A stretch of 64,000 nucleotides of DNA from Candidatus Methanomethylicia archaeon (GCA_029259155.1 JAPDJI010000017.1:32001-96000); one strand, 5' to 3'; positions 50,344 to 60,902 are shown, counted from the first letter of the stretch. Made by a program: numbers and translations. Notes: generated by a model not told the origin, from the letters alone.

Positions 50344-51702
50344 CTACTTAGATATAATGTTTTCCAGCTCGCTAGCTATTTTCCTTGCTTTCTTCACGAC
50401 CTCAAGGGCACTACGTCCAAGAAGCCTTATCATAGGCTCCTTTCCGACGCCTCCTTCGTCGTATATAGCGTCAGGGTCTCCCTCAAAATTCTTTAACGCC
50501 TCCTGCACACCCCACGTTAAGCTTCTTCCCTCTATACTTTGAACGTTTTCAGGTTCCATTCTTCTGTCAAAACATGCTAGCTTGAAACCAAGCCTACGGC
50601 AAGCCTCTAAGGTTTCAGGGCTATACTTTACGTTGAGCGCTGCTCTAAGGTGCGGTTTATGCTTCATGACCTCTATGACCAACCTAGCTAAATGGCTTGA
50701 AGCTCCAAAGGAAGGACAGCCTGCTGCTCTCGGTTTGCCAGCCACCTCGGTGACTCTGCCTTCGACCCCACATACGTCATCTATCTCCTTGGCTCCAGGT
50801 ATGCCTACCACTAAGTTCATCCTAACTTCGGGTATGAGCTTAACTAACTCAGGGCTCTCTTCCAAGACCCTGAGCCCTTTACGAACTTCGTATAGAGCTT
50901 CGAGCTTAGCTGAGGCTTTCTCTATCTCCTTTAGCGGCTCGATAACCTTGAACCCTAACCCCACGGGCTCGCTCGACCTTATAGCTCTCCATGTAAACCA
51001 GCCAGCTTCCTCTACGGCTTCAGGTAAAGGATAGCCTTTTGCTAGAAGAGCTGCTATAGCGGAGGAAAAGGTACATCCAGAACCTCTTACATCCTCTACG
51101 GCTTCTCGCTTAAACATGTATATATTGCCTTCATGTAGTAGGAGGTCGATCACTTTCTCTCCGCGGCGCCACCCCTTTATTACAGGGTTCTTTACTCCAA
51201 GCTCTTTTAAGTTTTCTAAAGCTGCTTTCAGGTCTTCCTCTGACCTGACCTTCACGCCGGTTAGCGTTTCAGCCTCTTTCACGTTGGGGGTAACGACGGT
51301 AGCTAATGGTAGAAGCTTGTCGGTAAGCACCTTGATGCCTTCCTTCTCTATGAGAGGCTCTCCTTCCTTGGCTTCCACTACAGGGTCTACCACTAAAGGC
51401 GCTTCTCTATGTTTATCGAGGAGTTCAGCTACGGCCTCAACATTATCCTTAGACCAAAGCATACCTACCTTCACTGCCACTACTTTAAGGTCGCTGAACA
51501 AAGCCTCAGCTTGGGACTTGACACAAAGCGGAGGCAGTGGGTAAACTCCCTTGACGTTTTTCGTGTCCTGGTAGGTTATGGCAGATATCACGCAAGCCGG
51601 ATGGAAGCCTAATGCCATGAAGGTTTTTGCGTCTGCTAATACTCCTGCTCCACCTGCAGGGTCTAGTCCAGCTATGGAGAGACATGAAGGGTGTTTAAGC
51701 GT
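50344..51702 (-). CDS. thiD: Bifunctional HMP/HMP-P kinase and thiamine-phosphate synthase (ThiDN); probable ACG start
   Basis: SIAGLDPAGGAGVLAD in frame upstream of the ORF-track ATG; VTPN..EA and GSGCTFSSA; ThiN domain with IPEVRMN, FGASSHLAR and GKEPM. Confidence 0.9.
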   Translation of the reverse strand, partial: TLKHPSCLSIAGLDPAGGAGVLADAKTFMALGFHPACVISAITYQDTKNVKGVYPLPPLCVKSQAEALFSDLKVVAVKVGMLWSKDNVEAVAELLDKHREAPLVVDPVVEAKEGEPLIEKEGIKVLTDKLLPLATVVTPNVKEAETLTGVKVRSEEDLKAALENLKELGVKNPVIKGWRRGEKVIDLLLHEGNIYMFKREAVEDVRGSGCTFSSAIAALLAKGYPLPEAVEEAGWFTWRAIRSSEPVGLGFKVIEPLKEIEKASAKLEALYEVRKGLRVLEESPELVKLIPEVRMNLVVGIPGAKEIDDVCGVEGRVTEVAGKPRAAGCPSFGASSHLARLVIEVMKHKPHLRAALNVKYSPETLEACRRLGFKLACFDRRMEPENVQSIEGRSLTWGVQEALKNFEGDPDAIYDEGGVGKEPMIRLLGRSALEVVKKARKIASELENIISK

Positions 51703-51754
51703 AGCTCAACCCTCCGTTAAGCTTAAGCTTAAGCTTTTGAAAAAGCTTAGCTCC

Positions 51755-52720
51755 TTAGTACCACCATGTAGTTACTTCAGGCTCCTTTAATGTTCTCTTC
51801 GCCGGGTCATGTAATCCTTCACAGACTTCCTCAAAAGGACAGCGATGCCACTTACCTTTCACTAAGGCCTGAAGCTTGCGCGGACTTTTATGTTTATGAA
51901 CGCAGGTAGCTCCTTGCCTTAAGCATATAGTCCTACCCGTTAACCATAGAAGGTCGTCGAGGATGGAGGGTTTGACCTCTGCTATGTCGGCTACCCGTTT
52001 AAAGGCGGAGCGGGTCTGCATCCTAAGCATTACGTCGAATGATAAGTCCACCTTCCCACTCCTTAAAGTTTCAAGGTCACTCCTCGATAGTTCTATGAGC
52101 CCTATCCTTAAAGCTAGCCTAGTCAAATGGTTGTCTACAGGGACGTGTAGATTTTCAGGATCTTCTACCTGGAAGAGCCCTCCTCTCTCTAGGAACTTGA
52201 TCAGGAGGTAGGGTTTCTTGGCCACAGGGTCGCTAAAAGCTTTGAATGGCCTCAAGAGCTCCACTAGCCTCATGCAGCTTCCCTGCGCAGCCTCGATGAG
52301 CTTGAAAGCTTCTCCTTTGAAGAGCTTCATTAACCACTTGGCGGTATCTCTCAGGAGCAGGGCTCTAAGCCCAGGTTTTTTAACAACCTTACCTGAGAAA
52401 GGGGCTGTAAGCCAGGAAACTACCTCTCCCATGTTAATCTTAAGCATCTCGGTGGTGGTGAAGAAGGAAGGCTGCTTCCTCCACTTAATTTCACCGAGCT
52501 TCCAGAGGAGGTCTGAACCCTTATAGAACCGGCCTTCCATCTTGGCCTTGAACCCTCTGCCGGTTCTATGGTCTATGGAAACCATGAAGATAAGGTAGTT
52601 TGCCAAAGCTTCAGGGCTAGCTTGGCGAGGAAGATACTGTGTATCGAGTGGGATCTGTTTAAGGCTGAGTTTAATAAGGTAGTTCCCTAAAGCCTCGATG
52701 AGACCTTGATTTAGCTTCAA
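51755..52720 (-). CDS. HhH-GPD/EndoIII-superfamily-like N-glycosylase with a Cys-rich tail
   Basis: PVDNHLTRLALRIG, LDDLLW..GR.IC-x6-C and CPFEEVC. Confidence 0.55.
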   Translation of the reverse strand: MKLNQGLIEALGNYLIKLSLKQIPLDTQYLPRQASPEALANYLIFMVSIDHRTGRGFKAKMEGRFYKGSDLLWKLGEIKWRKQPSFFTTTEMLKINMGEVVSWLTAPFSGKVVKKPGLRALLLRDTAKWLMKLFKGEAFKLIEAAQGSCMRLVELLRPFKAFSDPVAKKPYLLIKFLERGGLFQVEDPENLHVPVDNHLTRLALRIGLIELSRSDLETLRSGKVDLSFDVMLRMQTRSAFKRVADIAEVKPSILDDLLWLTGRTICLRQGATCVHKHKSPRKLQALVKGKWHRCPFEEVCEGLHDPAKRTLKEPEVTTWWY

Positions 52721-52817
52721 GTCCGAGAAATTTATCTCAGGCTTTCCCTAAAGCCTTTAGGGGGCCTCTGATGAGTGAGCTCGAAAAGGTCGACGCTTAA
52801 GCGGTGGGAGACTTCGC

Positions 52818-53558
52818 ATGGGATCGAAGAGGCCCCTTGAAATTAAAGCAGTGCTCTTCGACCTGGGTAATACCTTAGCGGGAGGGTCTGACACCTACGA
52901 AGCATTTAAGGCCTCCATCCTCGCTGTGGCCTCAAAATTAAGAGAGCTAGGCTTTAGGGTAGACGCTAAGCGATTAGCTGAGGTTAGGCTTAGAAACAGG
53001 GCTTTCTTCACTGAGCTTCGAAAGAAGACTTTGAAGGAGGTTTTAGGAGAGATCTGGATGCGTCGAGACTTAGAGGATGCAGGGCTTAAGCCTGACGACT
53101 CTTTAGTAAAGGAAGCTCTTAGAGCTCACTGCGAAGCTATAGTGAATCTACGCTATGTCTACGACGATGTCCTTGAAGCCCTGGAGAAGCTCATGGAGCT
53201 AGGCTATAGGATGGCTGTGGTGTCTAACGTGAGCGTCCACTGGATGGCGGAGGAGACCTTAAGGAGGCTCGGCTTAATGCATTTCTTCGAATTTCTTGTC
53301 ACTTCCGCCTCGGTAGGTTGGCGTAAACCCCACCCAGCTATCTTCAATGAAGCTCTACGCCTACTTGGCCTTACGTCTAAGGAGGCGGTTTTCGTTGGTG
53401 ATGACCTGTGGGCCGATATATATGGAGCTAAGTCTATTGGTATGAGAACGGTGTGGATTAAGAGGAAAGAGAAGGTCCAGGAGCCTATCATAAACCCTGA
53501 TGCTGAGGTTAACTCCCTTAAAGAGTTAATGGAGGTGATACTTTCTTTTTCAGAGTAG
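52818..53558 (+). CDS. HAD-superfamily hydrolase
   Basis: FDLGNTL, VSN, KPHP and VGDDLWADI.GA. Confidence 0.92.
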   Translation: MGSKRPLEIKAVLFDLGNTLAGGSDTYEAFKASILAVASKLRELGFRVDAKRLAEVRLRNRAFFTELRKKTLKEVLGEIWMRRDLEDAGLKPDDSLVKEALRAHCEAIVNLRYVYDDVLEALEKLMELGYRMAVVSNVSVHWMAEETLRRLGLMHFFEFLVTSASVGWRKPHPAIFNEALRLLGLTSKEAVFVGDDLWADIYGAKSIGMRTVWIKRKEKVQEPIINPDAEVNSLKELMEVILSFSE

Positions 53559-53599
53559 TCTTTATGCGTCTCCTCTCTTATGGAGGCTACCGGGGGTGA

Positions 53600-54955
53600 G
53601 TGGTCCTGAGCAGAGTGGTAGAGGTCAGAAGGTTCGAGAGAGTAGGTGCTCACAGCCATATTAAGGGGCTTGGGCTTAAGGACGGTAAAGCCTTACCCAT
53701 AGCTGCGGGCATGGTCGGACAGGTTGAAGCTAGGGAAGCTGCAGGCGTCATCGTCAGCATGGTCAGGGAAGGAAAGATGGCGGGTAGAGCTGTTCTACTA
53801 GCAGGTCCTCCAGGTACTGGTAAGACAGCGTTGGCGTCAGCGATAGCTAAGGAGCTGGGTGAAGACGTGCCTTTCATGATGATAACTGCCTCTGAAGTAT
53901 ACTCGGCTGAGGTTAAGAAGACCGAGGTACTTATGCAAGCGATGAGAAAGGCCATAGGGGTTAGGATAAAAGAGGTCAGGAAGATCTATGAAGGAATGAT
54001 AACCGAGCTTGAGATTAAGGCAGGCCGCCACCCTTACAACCCCTACCAGCAGATACCCATTGGAGCTAAGATAAAGCTGAAGACGAACGTTGATGAGAGG
54101 AGCTTCAACGTGGACGAGGCGGTGGCTCAAGAACTTATAGCAAGAGGAGTTTCAAAAGGCGATGTAATATGGATAGACGCTGAGACGGGAAGGGTCACTA
54201 AGCTAGGTAAGTGTATTGAGGCCCCTGCAGAGGCGCGTTATGACATCGAGGCCTCACCTAGGATACCTTTACCTCAAGGGCCTATAGCCAAGGAGAGAGA
54301 GTTCGTACATACCGTGACTCTTCACGATTTAGATGAGATGCACGCTCGACGTGGCAGCGTTTTCACCTTGCTTTTTGGTGGAAGAGAAGAACGCGAGATA
54401 CCGCCTGAAGTGAGGCAGGAGGTCGATGAAACTGTGAAGAGATGGGTAGATGAAGGAAGAGCTGAAGTTATACCTGGAGTTCTCTTCATAGATGAGGTTT
54501 CTGCCCTCGATATCGAGGCTTTCTCCTTCCTAGGAAGAGCTATGGAGGGCGAGCTTGCTCCGGTAATAATATTAGCCACTAACCGAGGGGTAACGAAGGT
54601 CAGAGGGACAGACATAGTTTCTCCTCACGGTATACCGCTGGACCTGCTTGATAGGCTCCTGATAATTACTACGCGCGAATATACTGCCGACGAAGTGAAG
54701 GAGATCCTTAAGATAAGGGCAGCAGAGGAAGGAGTAGACTTGGAGGAAGATGCCTTATCCGTCTTAATAAAAGTAGGGGTAGAGAACTCTTTAAGATATG
54801 CGGTACAACTGCTTTCACCATCATTTGAAATAGCTAAACGCTCAGGAAGAAGCAAGGTGACTGCTGTAGACGTGGAGCAAGCAAAGAAGTTGTTCGTCGA
54901 CGTCAAGCAGTCAATGGCTTACCTTAAAGAGTATGAGGAAAAGTTGTTGAGATAA
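53600..54955 (+). CDS. TIP49/RuvB-like AAA+ helicase
   Basis: [26 protein letters not shown] and HGIPLDLLDRL. Confidence 0.95.
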   Translation: MVLSRVVEVRRFERVGAHSHIKGLGLKDGKALPIAAGMVGQVEAREAAGVIVSMVREGKMAGRAVLLAGPPGTGKTALASAIAKELGEDVPFMMITASEVYSAEVKKTEVLMQAMRKAIGVRIKEVRKIYEGMITELEIKAGRHPYNPYQQIPIGAKIKLKTNVDERSFNVDEAVAQELIARGVSKGDVIWIDAETGRVTKLGKCIEAPAEARYDIEASPRIPLPQGPIAKEREFVHTVTLHDLDEMHARRGSVFTLLFGGREEREIPPEVRQEVDETVKRWVDEGRAEVIPGVLFIDEVSALDIEAFSFLGRAMEGELAPVIILATNRGVTKVRGTDIVSPHGIPLDLLDRLLIITTREYTADEVKEILKIRAAEEGVDLEEDALSVLIKVGVENSLRYAVQLLSPSFEIAKRSGRSKVTAVDVEQAKKLFVDVKQSMAYLKEYEEKLLR

Positions 54956-54960
54956 CTTCA

Positions 54961-54990
54961 AGAAAAATTTTTATAGAAGCGCTCTTATTG
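54961..54990 (+). promoter_or_regulatory. Promoter of the first thermosome gene (BRE/TATA plus conserved downstream box)
   Basis: AGAAAAATTTTTATAGAAGCGCTCTTATTG, near-identical to 56743-56771. Confidence 0.65.
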
Positions 54991-55019
54991 AGCTTCGCTG
55001 AACCTAGAGGTGTTATGCT

Positions 55020-56651
55020 ATGTCGCAGGCAGTACCTGTACTTCTACTAAAAGAAGGCACATCCAGAACGGTTGGCAGAGACGCGCAGAGAGCTAACATC
55101 ATGGCTGTTAAGGTAATAGCAGAGGCCGTTAAGTCCTCGCTCGGTCCCATGGGTATGGATAAGATGCTCGTAAGCAGTTTTGGCGACGTGACTATAACTA
55201 ACGATGGTGCTACCATACTCAAGGAGATGGATATTCAGCATCCAGCTGCTAAGATGATGGTGGAGGTAGCTAAAGCCCAGGACAGCGAGGTCGGCGACGG
55301 CACCACTACTGCTGTGGTCTTAACAGGTGAGCTATTGAAGAATGCGGAGGGGCTTCTCGAGCAAGATGTCCATGCTACTGTCATAATGGACGGTTATAGG
55401 AAGGCCATGAACAAGGCTCTAGAACTTCTCGACGAAATCTCTAAGCCGGTCAACCCTCTTGATAAAGAAATATTGAAGAAGTGCGCCCTAACTACGCTCT
55501 CAGGGAAAGCCGCGGTAGCTTCAGCTAAAGAATTACTTGCTGAGCTTAGCGTTGAAGCGGTTCTCCAGGTAGCGAGGGAGGTAGACGGCATGTATGTGGT
55601 CGACGTTGACGATGTAAAAGTGGAGAAGAAGCGAGGAGAATCGCTAACTGAAACCCAGCTAATAAGAGGTTTAGTCATCGACAAGGAAGTTGTTCATCCA
55701 GGCATGCCTAAGAGGGTCGAGAAGGCCAAGATCGCCCTCCTAGAATGTCCACTCGAAATAGAAAAGACGGAGATGACCGCTAAGATCAGGATAACCAGCC
55801 CTGAACAAATGAAAGCCTTCCTAGACGAAGAGATAAAGATGCTCAAGAACATGGTAGATAAGATAGCTTCAGTCGGCGCTAACGTAGTGTTATGTGAGAA
55901 GGGTATCGATGATGCAGCTCAACATTTCCTAGCCAAGAAGGGTATCTTGGCAGCTAGGAGGATCAAGCACTCTGACATGGAGAAGCTAGCTAAGGCTACA
56001 GGTGGTAGAACAGTGACTAGCATAGATGACCTTAAGCCCAGTGATCTTGGTGAGGCTGAGCTGGTGGAGGAGCGTAAGATTGCTGATGAGAAGATGATTT
56101 TCGTGGAGGGTTGTAAGAATCCAAGAGCCTTGTCCATCCTTGTCAGAGGCAGCAGCGATATGATGATTAAGGAAGCTGAGCGCTCAATGCATGACGCTCT
56201 CTGCGTAGTCCGAAACGTAGTCCAAGAACCTAAGATAGTTGCTGGAGGAGGAGCTGTTGAAGTAGAGTTAGCGCTTAGATTGAAGGATTGGGCTAGGTCG
56301 CTAGCTGGACGTGAACAACTGGCGGCATTGAAGTTCGCTGAGGCCCTAGAAGCCATACCCAGCATATTAGCTGAGAACTCAGGCCTAGACCCTATAGACA
56401 TCATGGTCAAGCTGAGGGCTGAACATGAAAAAGGGTTTTTCAGCGCAGGAATTAATGTAAAAGAGGGCAAGGTCGCTGATATGTATGAACTCAACGTCAT
56501 TGAACCGACGCTTGTAAAGAAGCAGGTAGTTAAATCCGCGACAGAGGCTGCATTAATGATACTGAAGATAGACGACGTTATCGCTGCTTCTGCTCTAAAG
56601 AAAGAGGAGAAGGAAAAGAAAGAGGGAGGCCCTAGGTTTAGCGAATTTTAA
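55020..56651 (+). CDS. thsA: Thermosome (group II chaperonin) subunit
   Basis: [18 protein letters not shown] and GDGTTT; alpha/beta assignment is by gene order only. Confidence 0.93.
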   Translation: MSQAVPVLLLKEGTSRTVGRDAQRANIMAVKVIAEAVKSSLGPMGMDKMLVSSFGDVTITNDGATILKEMDIQHPAAKMMVEVAKAQDSEVGDGTTTAVVLTGELLKNAEGLLEQDVHATVIMDGYRKAMNKALELLDEISKPVNPLDKEILKKCALTTLSGKAAVASAKELLAELSVEAVLQVAREVDGMYVVDVDDVKVEKKRGESLTETQLIRGLVIDKEVVHPGMPKRVEKAKIALLECPLEIEKTEMTAKIRITSPEQMKAFLDEEIKMLKNMVDKIASVGANVVLCEKGIDDAAQHFLAKKGILAARRIKHSDMEKLAKATGGRTVTSIDDLKPSDLGEAELVEERKIADEKMIFVEGCKNPRALSILVRGSSDMMIKEAERSMHDALCVVRNVVQEPKIVAGGGAVEVELALRLKDWARSLAGREQLAALKFAEALEAIPSILAENSGLDPIDIMVKLRAEHEKGFFSAGINVKEGKVADMYELNVIEPTLVKKQVVKSATEAALMILKIDDVIAASALKKEEKEKKEGGPRFSEF

Positions 56652-56715
56652 GATATCAACATAATTTTTCCCGTCCACATATTCTCAAAATGTCCTTCAT
56701 CCAAGTACTTAGAGG

Positions 56716-56737
56716 AAGAGGTAGAAGACCTCTTTTT
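56716..56737 (+). terminator. Hairpin plus T tract downstream of the first thermosome gene
   Basis: AAGAGGT-agaag-ACCTCTT followed by TTT. Confidence 0.4.
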
Positions 56738-56742
56738 CATGT

Positions 56743-56771
56743 AGAAAAATATATATAGAAGCGACTTATTG
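56743..56771 (+). promoter_or_regulatory. Promoter of the second thermosome gene
   Basis: AGAAAAATATATATAGAAGCGACTTATTG. Confidence 0.65.
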
Positions 56772-56798
56772 TGCCCTCTGAAAACAAGGGGTGGTTCT

Positions 56799-58460
56799 AT
56801 GGCGATTGCTCAGCTAGGTGGAGTACCTGTCCTCATCTTAAAGGAAGGCTCTACTAGAACCGTGGGGAGGGAAGCGCAGCGGGCTAACATTGCCGCGGCT
56901 AAAGCCATAGCGGAGGCCGTTAGATCGACGTTAGGCCCTCGAGGCATGGATAAGATGCTGGTCGATAGCCTAGGAGACGTAACTGTTACTAATGATGGTG
57001 CTACAATACTCGATGAAATAGAGGTTCAGCATCCAGCTGCTAAGATGATGGTGGAGGTAGCTAAAGCCCAGGACGATGAAGTCGGCGACGGCACCACTAC
57101 TAGCGTGGTTCTTGCAGGAGAGTTGTTAAAGAAAGCTGAAGAGTTGATGGCTAAAAACATACATCCCACCGTGATCATAAGCGGATACAGTAAAGCCCTA
57201 GACTTCTGTAACAAGGTGTTGGATGAGCTGGCCAAGCCTGTGTCTATGGATGACAAGGAGACCTTGCGTAAGATAGCCATGACATCCATGGCGGCTAAGA
57301 CCGTGGCGGGCTCTAAGGAAATGCTAGCTGACATGGCTGTCAAGGCAGTCATGCAGGTCGCGGAGAAGCGAGATGATAAGGTAATTGCCGACACTGATTA
57401 CATACAGCTGATCAAGCGTCAAGGTGCCAGCTTAGCCGAATCCAAGTTGATCAACGGCGTCATTATCGACAAAGAAGTGGTCCACTCTGGCATGCCCAGG
57501 AAGGTCGAGAAGGCCAAGATCGCCCTTCTGGACTGTCCACTCGAAATAGAAAAGACAGAGATGGATGCGGAGATCAGAATCTCGAGCCCTGAACAAATGA
57601 AAGCTTTCCTAGAGGAAGAAGAGCGCATGTTAAAGAACATGGTGGATAAGATTAAGGCTTCTGGCGCCAACGTAGTGTTTTGCCAGAAAGGCATAGATGA
57701 CGTGGCTCAACACTTCTTAGCTAAAGAAGGTATCCTAGCGGCTAGGAGAGTCAAGAAGTCGGACATGGAGAAACTGGCAAGAGCTACTGGAGGCAGAATA
57801 GTAACTAACATCGAGGATCTTTCGCCCAGTGATCTTGGTGAGGCTGAGCTGGTGGAGGAGCGTAAGATTGCTGATGAGAAGATGATTTTCGTGGAGGGTT
57901 GTAAGAATCCAAGAGCTGTAGCCATATTAATAAGGGGTGGCCTAGAGAAGTTTATCGACGAGGCTGAACGAGCTTTAACCGATGCTCTGTCGACAGTGTC
58001 CGATGCCATCGAATGTGGTAAGATTGTGACTGGCGGTGGATCGATTGAGATGGAGTTAGCGAGAAGGCTTCGTGAATTTGCACCTACCGTTGGAGGTAAG
58101 GAACAACTAGCTATTGAAGCGTTTGCTAATGCCTTAGAGATTATTCCTAAAACGCTGGCTGAGAATGCAGGCTTGGACCCGCTTGACATGATAATGGAGC
58201 TAAGAGCGCTTCACGAAAAAGCAGGTAATGAGACCATAGGCGTAGACGTGTTCTCTGGTAAACCAGCTGACATGTATGGCTTGGGTGTTATAGAGCCTCA
58301 GAATGTTAAGGGTATGGCTATTAAATCAGCTACCGAAGCAGCCTCTATGATACTAAGAATAGACGACATCATAGCTGCAGCTAAGACTGAGACTAAGGCA
58401 AGCGAAACGCCCAGCAAGACCGGTGGAGAGGAAGAAGGAGAAAAGTCGGAGTTTGATTAA
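56799..58460 (+). CDS. thsB: Thermosome (group II chaperonin) subunit
   Basis: [10 protein letters not shown] and GDGTTT; ATG 56799 follows SD GGGGTGG (the ORF-track start falls in the promoter). Confidence 0.93.
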   Translation: MAIAQLGGVPVLILKEGSTRTVGREAQRANIAAAKAIAEAVRSTLGPRGMDKMLVDSLGDVTVTNDGATILDEIEVQHPAAKMMVEVAKAQDDEVGDGTTTSVVLAGELLKKAEELMAKNIHPTVIISGYSKALDFCNKVLDELAKPVSMDDKETLRKIAMTSMAAKTVAGSKEMLADMAVKAVMQVAEKRDDKVIADTDYIQLIKRQGASLAESKLINGVIIDKEVVHSGMPRKVEKAKIALLDCPLEIEKTEMDAEIRISSPEQMKAFLEEEERMLKNMVDKIKASGANVVFCQKGIDDVAQHFLAKEGILAARRVKKSDMEKLARATGGRIVTNIEDLSPSDLGEAELVEERKIADEKMIFVEGCKNPRAVAILIRGGLEKFIDEAERALTDALSTVSDAIECGKIVTGGGSIEMELARRLREFAPTVGGKEQLAIEAFANALEIIPKTLAENAGLDPLDMIMELRALHEKAGNETIGVDVFSGKPADMYGLGVIEPQNVKGMAIKSATEAASMILRIDDIIAAAKTETKASETPSKTGGEEEGEKSEFD

Positions 58461-58471
58461 TCTTTAGATCT

Positions 58472-59248
58472 TTATTTAGATAGTTTTTCCCTCACTATTT
58501 CTTGGAACCTGTTTGCGTCTTCAGCCATGGATGTATTGTTAAACAATACGTATATCTCCTTTCCTTCTTCGTGGTATGGCTTAACCCAGTCCTCATATAA
58601 TCTCAGGTGTTCTTCATCGTTATAATCATAGACGTACATTCGTTTACCCAAACCGTGAAGCCTGTAGTAAATGATTTCTCTCTCTTTCGTCACGGTTTGG
58701 GCCCTGAAGGGGTCTACTATGTGAATTAAATCATACTCCAAGCATACTTGACTTATCCTTTCAGGGGTCCAGCTTTCATGTCTAAATTCTATGGCTAATT
58801 TCATCTCCTTCCTATCTATGGAGGATAGAAAGTCGCGCATATTTCTCAGGTTTTCATGAGAGGCATCAAGCGAAGGAGGACATTGGATAACCATTATCTT
58901 GGCTTTTAGTGCCTTGGCTATTTCCATGGTTTTGTTCCAAGCCTCAAAGTTTTCCTCTGTAGGCTTTAAAAGTCCATACCTATCTGCTTTTTCTGGAGGT
59001 ATTTTTATTCCTGCTTTCTTCCACGTGGGGCTTGAGGTTGGATGAGTAATAGCTTGCCAGCTTTTCAACGTAAACTCGAAGTCTAAAGGAGCCTTAGTTC
59101 TCCAACCTTCTGCCGTAGAGGGGTTAGGTAGCTTGTAGAAAGTGCTTTGTATTTCTATGAGTTTAAAGGTCTTAAAATAAGCCTCCATTCCACCTTTAAT
59201 CGCCCATCCACAGCAACCTACTTTAATACTCAAAGCTTCCCCCTTCAC
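58472..59248 (-). CDS. DUF72 protein
   Basis: VGCCGW, EIQSTFY, QCPPS, EFRH.SW, YYRLHG and VLFNN. Confidence 0.9.
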   Translation of the reverse strand: MKGEALSIKVGCCGWAIKGGMEAYFKTFKLIEIQSTFYKLPNPSTAEGWRTKAPLDFEFTLKSWQAITHPTSSPTWKKAGIKIPPEKADRYGLLKPTEENFEAWNKTMEIAKALKAKIMVIQCPPSLDASHENLRNMRDFLSSIDRKEMKLAIEFRHESWTPERISQVCLEYDLIHIVDPFRAQTVTKEREIIYYRLHGLGKRMYVYDYNDEEHLRLYEDWVKPYHEEGKEIYVLFNNTSMAEDANRFQEIVREKLSK

Positions 59249-60563
59249 ATTTACGATAACCCTCCTTCATAAGGCTTAATCCCTTCAAAACCAAGGGGAT
59301 TGCGGAGGCTCCGACCAAGAGGACGAGAAGGTCTAAAGGTAGGGTTACATAGCCTAAGATAGGTCTATCGTAAAGTACCAAGAGTAATCCTCCTAAATTG
59401 ATGATGGAAAAGAAGGCTACTATCAACCACGCGACTACCTTCATGTAACCCTTAATTTCAAAGCCTTTCATGATCCTAGAGTCGCAGCATAGCTTAGCTA
59501 GGAGCACGAATGGAGGTACGGTGGCTAAGCTTGAGAGTACAGAAGACACTATCGCCACCTTGACGGGTTTGGTGATCAATATTAGTGGTAGCACGCTTGC
59601 TATGGTTATGACTGCCACCCATATAGGCCATACCTTATTATCTTTCTTAGGCCCGACCCCTCTCCACCCATAGGTTTCAGATAGGAGAGCTACCGTGGAA
59701 TGTAGAGTTATCACTGCTGCTAGTAAGGAACCTGCGAAGAGTCCCAGAGAAAACAGGAAGATGGAGGCTTCGCCAAATACTTGTTTGAAGGCTTCTATAG
59801 CTTCAATCATGTTTTCAGAAACCGTGCCTAAACCGGCTCCACACACCACTATTGCTATACATATGGCTAAGCTTATCAGTGATCCTACGACGGCACTCAG
59901 CATGGCTTGTATAAGCGAGTTTTCTTTAACTCCTTTCTCAGCTAGGTCGCTGGCTTCGTAGAACAAGACATTGGGCCCCACCGCCATACCCATGACTGCC
60001 AGTACTGCGATCCAGTAGCCTCCATCGAAGGTGGCTGCGGGTTTAATGAACCCCTCTACGACCTTTAAGGGGTTTGGATTGGCGGCGAACGCGAGGATGA
60101 CGTAAGCTATGAAGGTTAAGCTTAACGCTATTAGTACTTCATCGATCAAATCGAGGGATCTTGTGCACGCTACGGCCAATAATATTAAAGCTGAAACTAT
60201 AGCTGCCGTTACTAAGGAGAGGTTGAAGAGGGCTGATAAGGCTATTGCCATACCCGCCAGCTCAGCTGAAATAAGGGAGATGTTAGCGGCTACTGAGGTG
60301 AAGACTGTAAGTGATACGTGTTTTTCACTAAACCTCTCCTTCATGTTCTCGGCTAATCCCTTCCCTGTAACGAGGGCTACCTCGGAGGCTACTTGAAGAA
60401 TGAAAGTGTAGAGGAGGAAACCTAGGACAACAGCCCATAGTAAGGAGTATCTATATGCAGCTCCAATCGATAAAAGACATAGAATTGCGCAAGCATCTAC
60501 GTTTTGAATCCCAGCTAGCACTCCTGGGGCCATTATCTTAAATAGCCTCAGCCCCTCGCTCAT
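59223..60563 (-). CDS. Nramp-family-like divalent cation transporter
   Basis: About 11-12 TM segments, PG.LA....VDA, GA.Y.YSLLW and VTGKGLAE; the canonical DPGN motif is divergent. Confidence 0.75.
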   Translation of the reverse strand: MSEGLRLFKIMAPGVLAGIQNVDACAILCLLSIGAAYRYSLLWAVVLGFLLYTFILQVASEVALVTGKGLAENMKERFSEKHVSLTVFTSVAANISLISAELAGMAIALSALFNLSLVTAAIVSALILLAVACTRSLDLIDEVLIALSLTFIAYVILAFAANPNPLKVVEGFIKPAATFDGGYWIAVLAVMGMAVGPNVLFYEASDLAEKGVKENSLIQAMLSAVVGSLISLAICIAIVVCGAGLGTVSENMIEAIEAFKQVFGEASIFLFSLGLFAGSLLAAVITLHSTVALLSETYGWRGVGPKKDNKVWPIWVAVITIASVLPLILITKPVKVAIVSSVLSSLATVPPFVLLAKLCCDSRIMKGFEIKGYMKVVAWLIVAFFSIINLGGLLLVLYDRPILGYVTLPLDLLVLLVGASAIPLVLKGLSLMKEGYRKCEGGSFEY

Positions 60564-60590
60564 CCACCCTCACATCCAGAGGGTGGAGTT

Positions 60591-60902
60591 TTAACCTTGA
60601 TGTAAGACTCTCTTCACGTGGGAGAGGGGGAGTGGATGGATTGATTTTACGCTTAGATGTATGGCTTGGCCATAATCGTTAGAGTGTATAAGCGTTATGC
60701 TGCACGGTACAGTTAGGGTGAAGCCCTTTACAGCTTCCTCTCCATTTAGATTGATGGGCTGCTCTTCCTCCTTGTCCTTGTTTAACTCTTTTTCTTCAAG
60801 GTTTTTCTTCTTCAAAGCCTTCCTAGCCGTAAGCATGTTGTATATAATCGGTGTTAATCCCATGGTGACGTATGTAGCTATGAGGCCAGCTTCTTCAATC
60901 AT
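60591..60902 (-). CDS. Hypothetical protein with an N-terminal hydrophobic segment (possibly degenerate)
   Basis: SD-like GGTGG before the ATG; one TM-like stretch then a K/E-rich region. Confidence 0.4.
   Translation of the reverse strand: MIEEAGLIATYVTMGLTPIIYNMLTARKALKKKNLEEKELNKDKEEEQPINLNGEEAVKGFTLTVPCSITLIHSNDYGQAIHLSVKSIHPLPLSHVKRVLHQG

Noticed and set aside
51717-51736. TTAAGC repeated three times
   Set aside because: Short, built from words very common in this genome; no spacer structure, not CRISPR.
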